Source: Tubulanus polymorphus (Eukaryota > Animalia > Nemertea). Taken from it: a DNA stretch of 64,000 nt. Of this stretch, positions 63,063 to 64,000 are shown piece by piece. The notes beneath the pieces were generated by a model, which was not told the DNA's origin, did no database searches, and saw only the letters and a program-made list of their open reading frames with translations. The position numbers and the translations under genes are program-made. Numbering within the stretch: the first letter of the stretch is position 1; every line of letters begins with the position of its first letter. Location: NCBI RefSeq assembly GCF_964204645.1, contig NC_134029.1, positions 62,001 to 126,000 on the forward strand, in the 5' to 3' direction.

Positions 63063-64000
63063 TATAGAAATATCAATCCAATTCCGGAAGTGGAGTTTAC
63101 AACACTTCCTGCACAGAGATCGGTGTAACAGCTGATGTTAATAACGCGAGATTAAGAATTAAAACCTTGTTTTGAAGGGATTAAAACCCATGCGCCGCTG
63201 GGATAACAACAGTTCACTCAGTGAATGTGATCGATTTTGATTATGTGGCAGTCAAACAGTAACGACACCCGGTGCCTCAGCAGCGCCAATCGGCTCGCTC
63301 GTTAGCTCGGCGTCTGTCACACATGTCACACTTCCTTTCTCTCTCTGTGCAATAATCAGTAGTTTCAATCACATATTGTGGTGGATTGATTCCTGTCAAA
63401 AGATACGAAATCACTGCTGAGGGTGGGGGTCTGATGTACTCTCCCGGGACATCAGACCCCCTACCTCAGCCGTTTCCAGTCCCCACATGGATAATGTATC
63501 TCTTGCTCCGAGCTGATCCAACGCGAGCACGACATCCCCCCCTCCCCACCAACCCGGTACCTCCAGTCCCCTCCCGTCAGCTTGCGGGGTTGGGCATCAA
63601 ACCCGAGTCGCGTGCGTGGACTCCCGTCCCCTGTACCCTGGTGGACCCCAGCCACTCCCACCCAAGTACGTGCGGGACTTGCGGCTTCGGTACATTTGTC
63701 TTAGTTGATGTGGCATCAGCGGGCAACACCTCAAAGGCCGTCCCCGTCGTGAGGTTAAATGAATAATCCAATAGGTTTAGTCTTGGGATTGGAACCAAGA
63801 TCCAATTGCGACTAAATTTAGTCTCAATAAAGCCTAAACACATTTCCCGAAATTTGAGTTCAAATGACGCGCGTTAAACAATACAGAGCGTAACCTATCG
63901 GTGAATCTAGGAACTAATCTAATGCTGGGTAGAATAGAAATCTGATCGACGAATGGATTTGGAATTAGGGATGTAATTAGCTATCTATAATGAGTATTTC

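Noticed and set aside
63386-63843. GC-richer ORFs upstream of GALNT
   Set aside because: No recognisable motif or splice-consistent model; possibly a TE fragment or part of a gene outside the window.

Overview
AT-rich, intron-rich eukaryotic DNA, most consistent with a bilaterian invertebrate (inference from short GT-AG introns, TTAGGG repeats, CTCF-like motifs and gene content). Genes I could splice together by eye: the 3' end of an unidentified gene (+, 1-256); a 3-exon secreted protein with ~13 copies of a 10-aa Ser/Lys/Gln/Pro repeat (-, 2273-4284); a 13-exon DEG/ENaC channel (-, 5200-8753) head-to-head with an MS4A/CD20-like 4-TM gene (+, 9412-10085); three tandem 5-exon secreted PAN/apple-domain genes (-, 10934-18825); two tandem SLC16/MCT-like transporters, each with duplicated first coding exons (-, 19853-29092); an intact but strongly divergent 27-exon CYFIP/Sra1-like gene with novel N- and C-terminal extensions (+, 32071-42019); and a 10-exon polypeptide GalNAc-transferase (-, 44947-63062). 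The GALNT introns hold two identical tRNA-Lys(UUU) genes, a tRNA pseudogene and, antisense in the 9-kb intron 2, a prohormone-like gene that the ORF track only partly shows (signal peptide, acidic spacer, KR/RKR, ...RFRFGT-GK*), possibly with a second, alternatively spliced 3' arm. Also present: foldback MITEs, LINE fragments, a tRNA-like/TTAGGG composite repeat and many mini/microsatellites, which explain most of the long ORFs in the track. All exon models are manual and lack transcript support.
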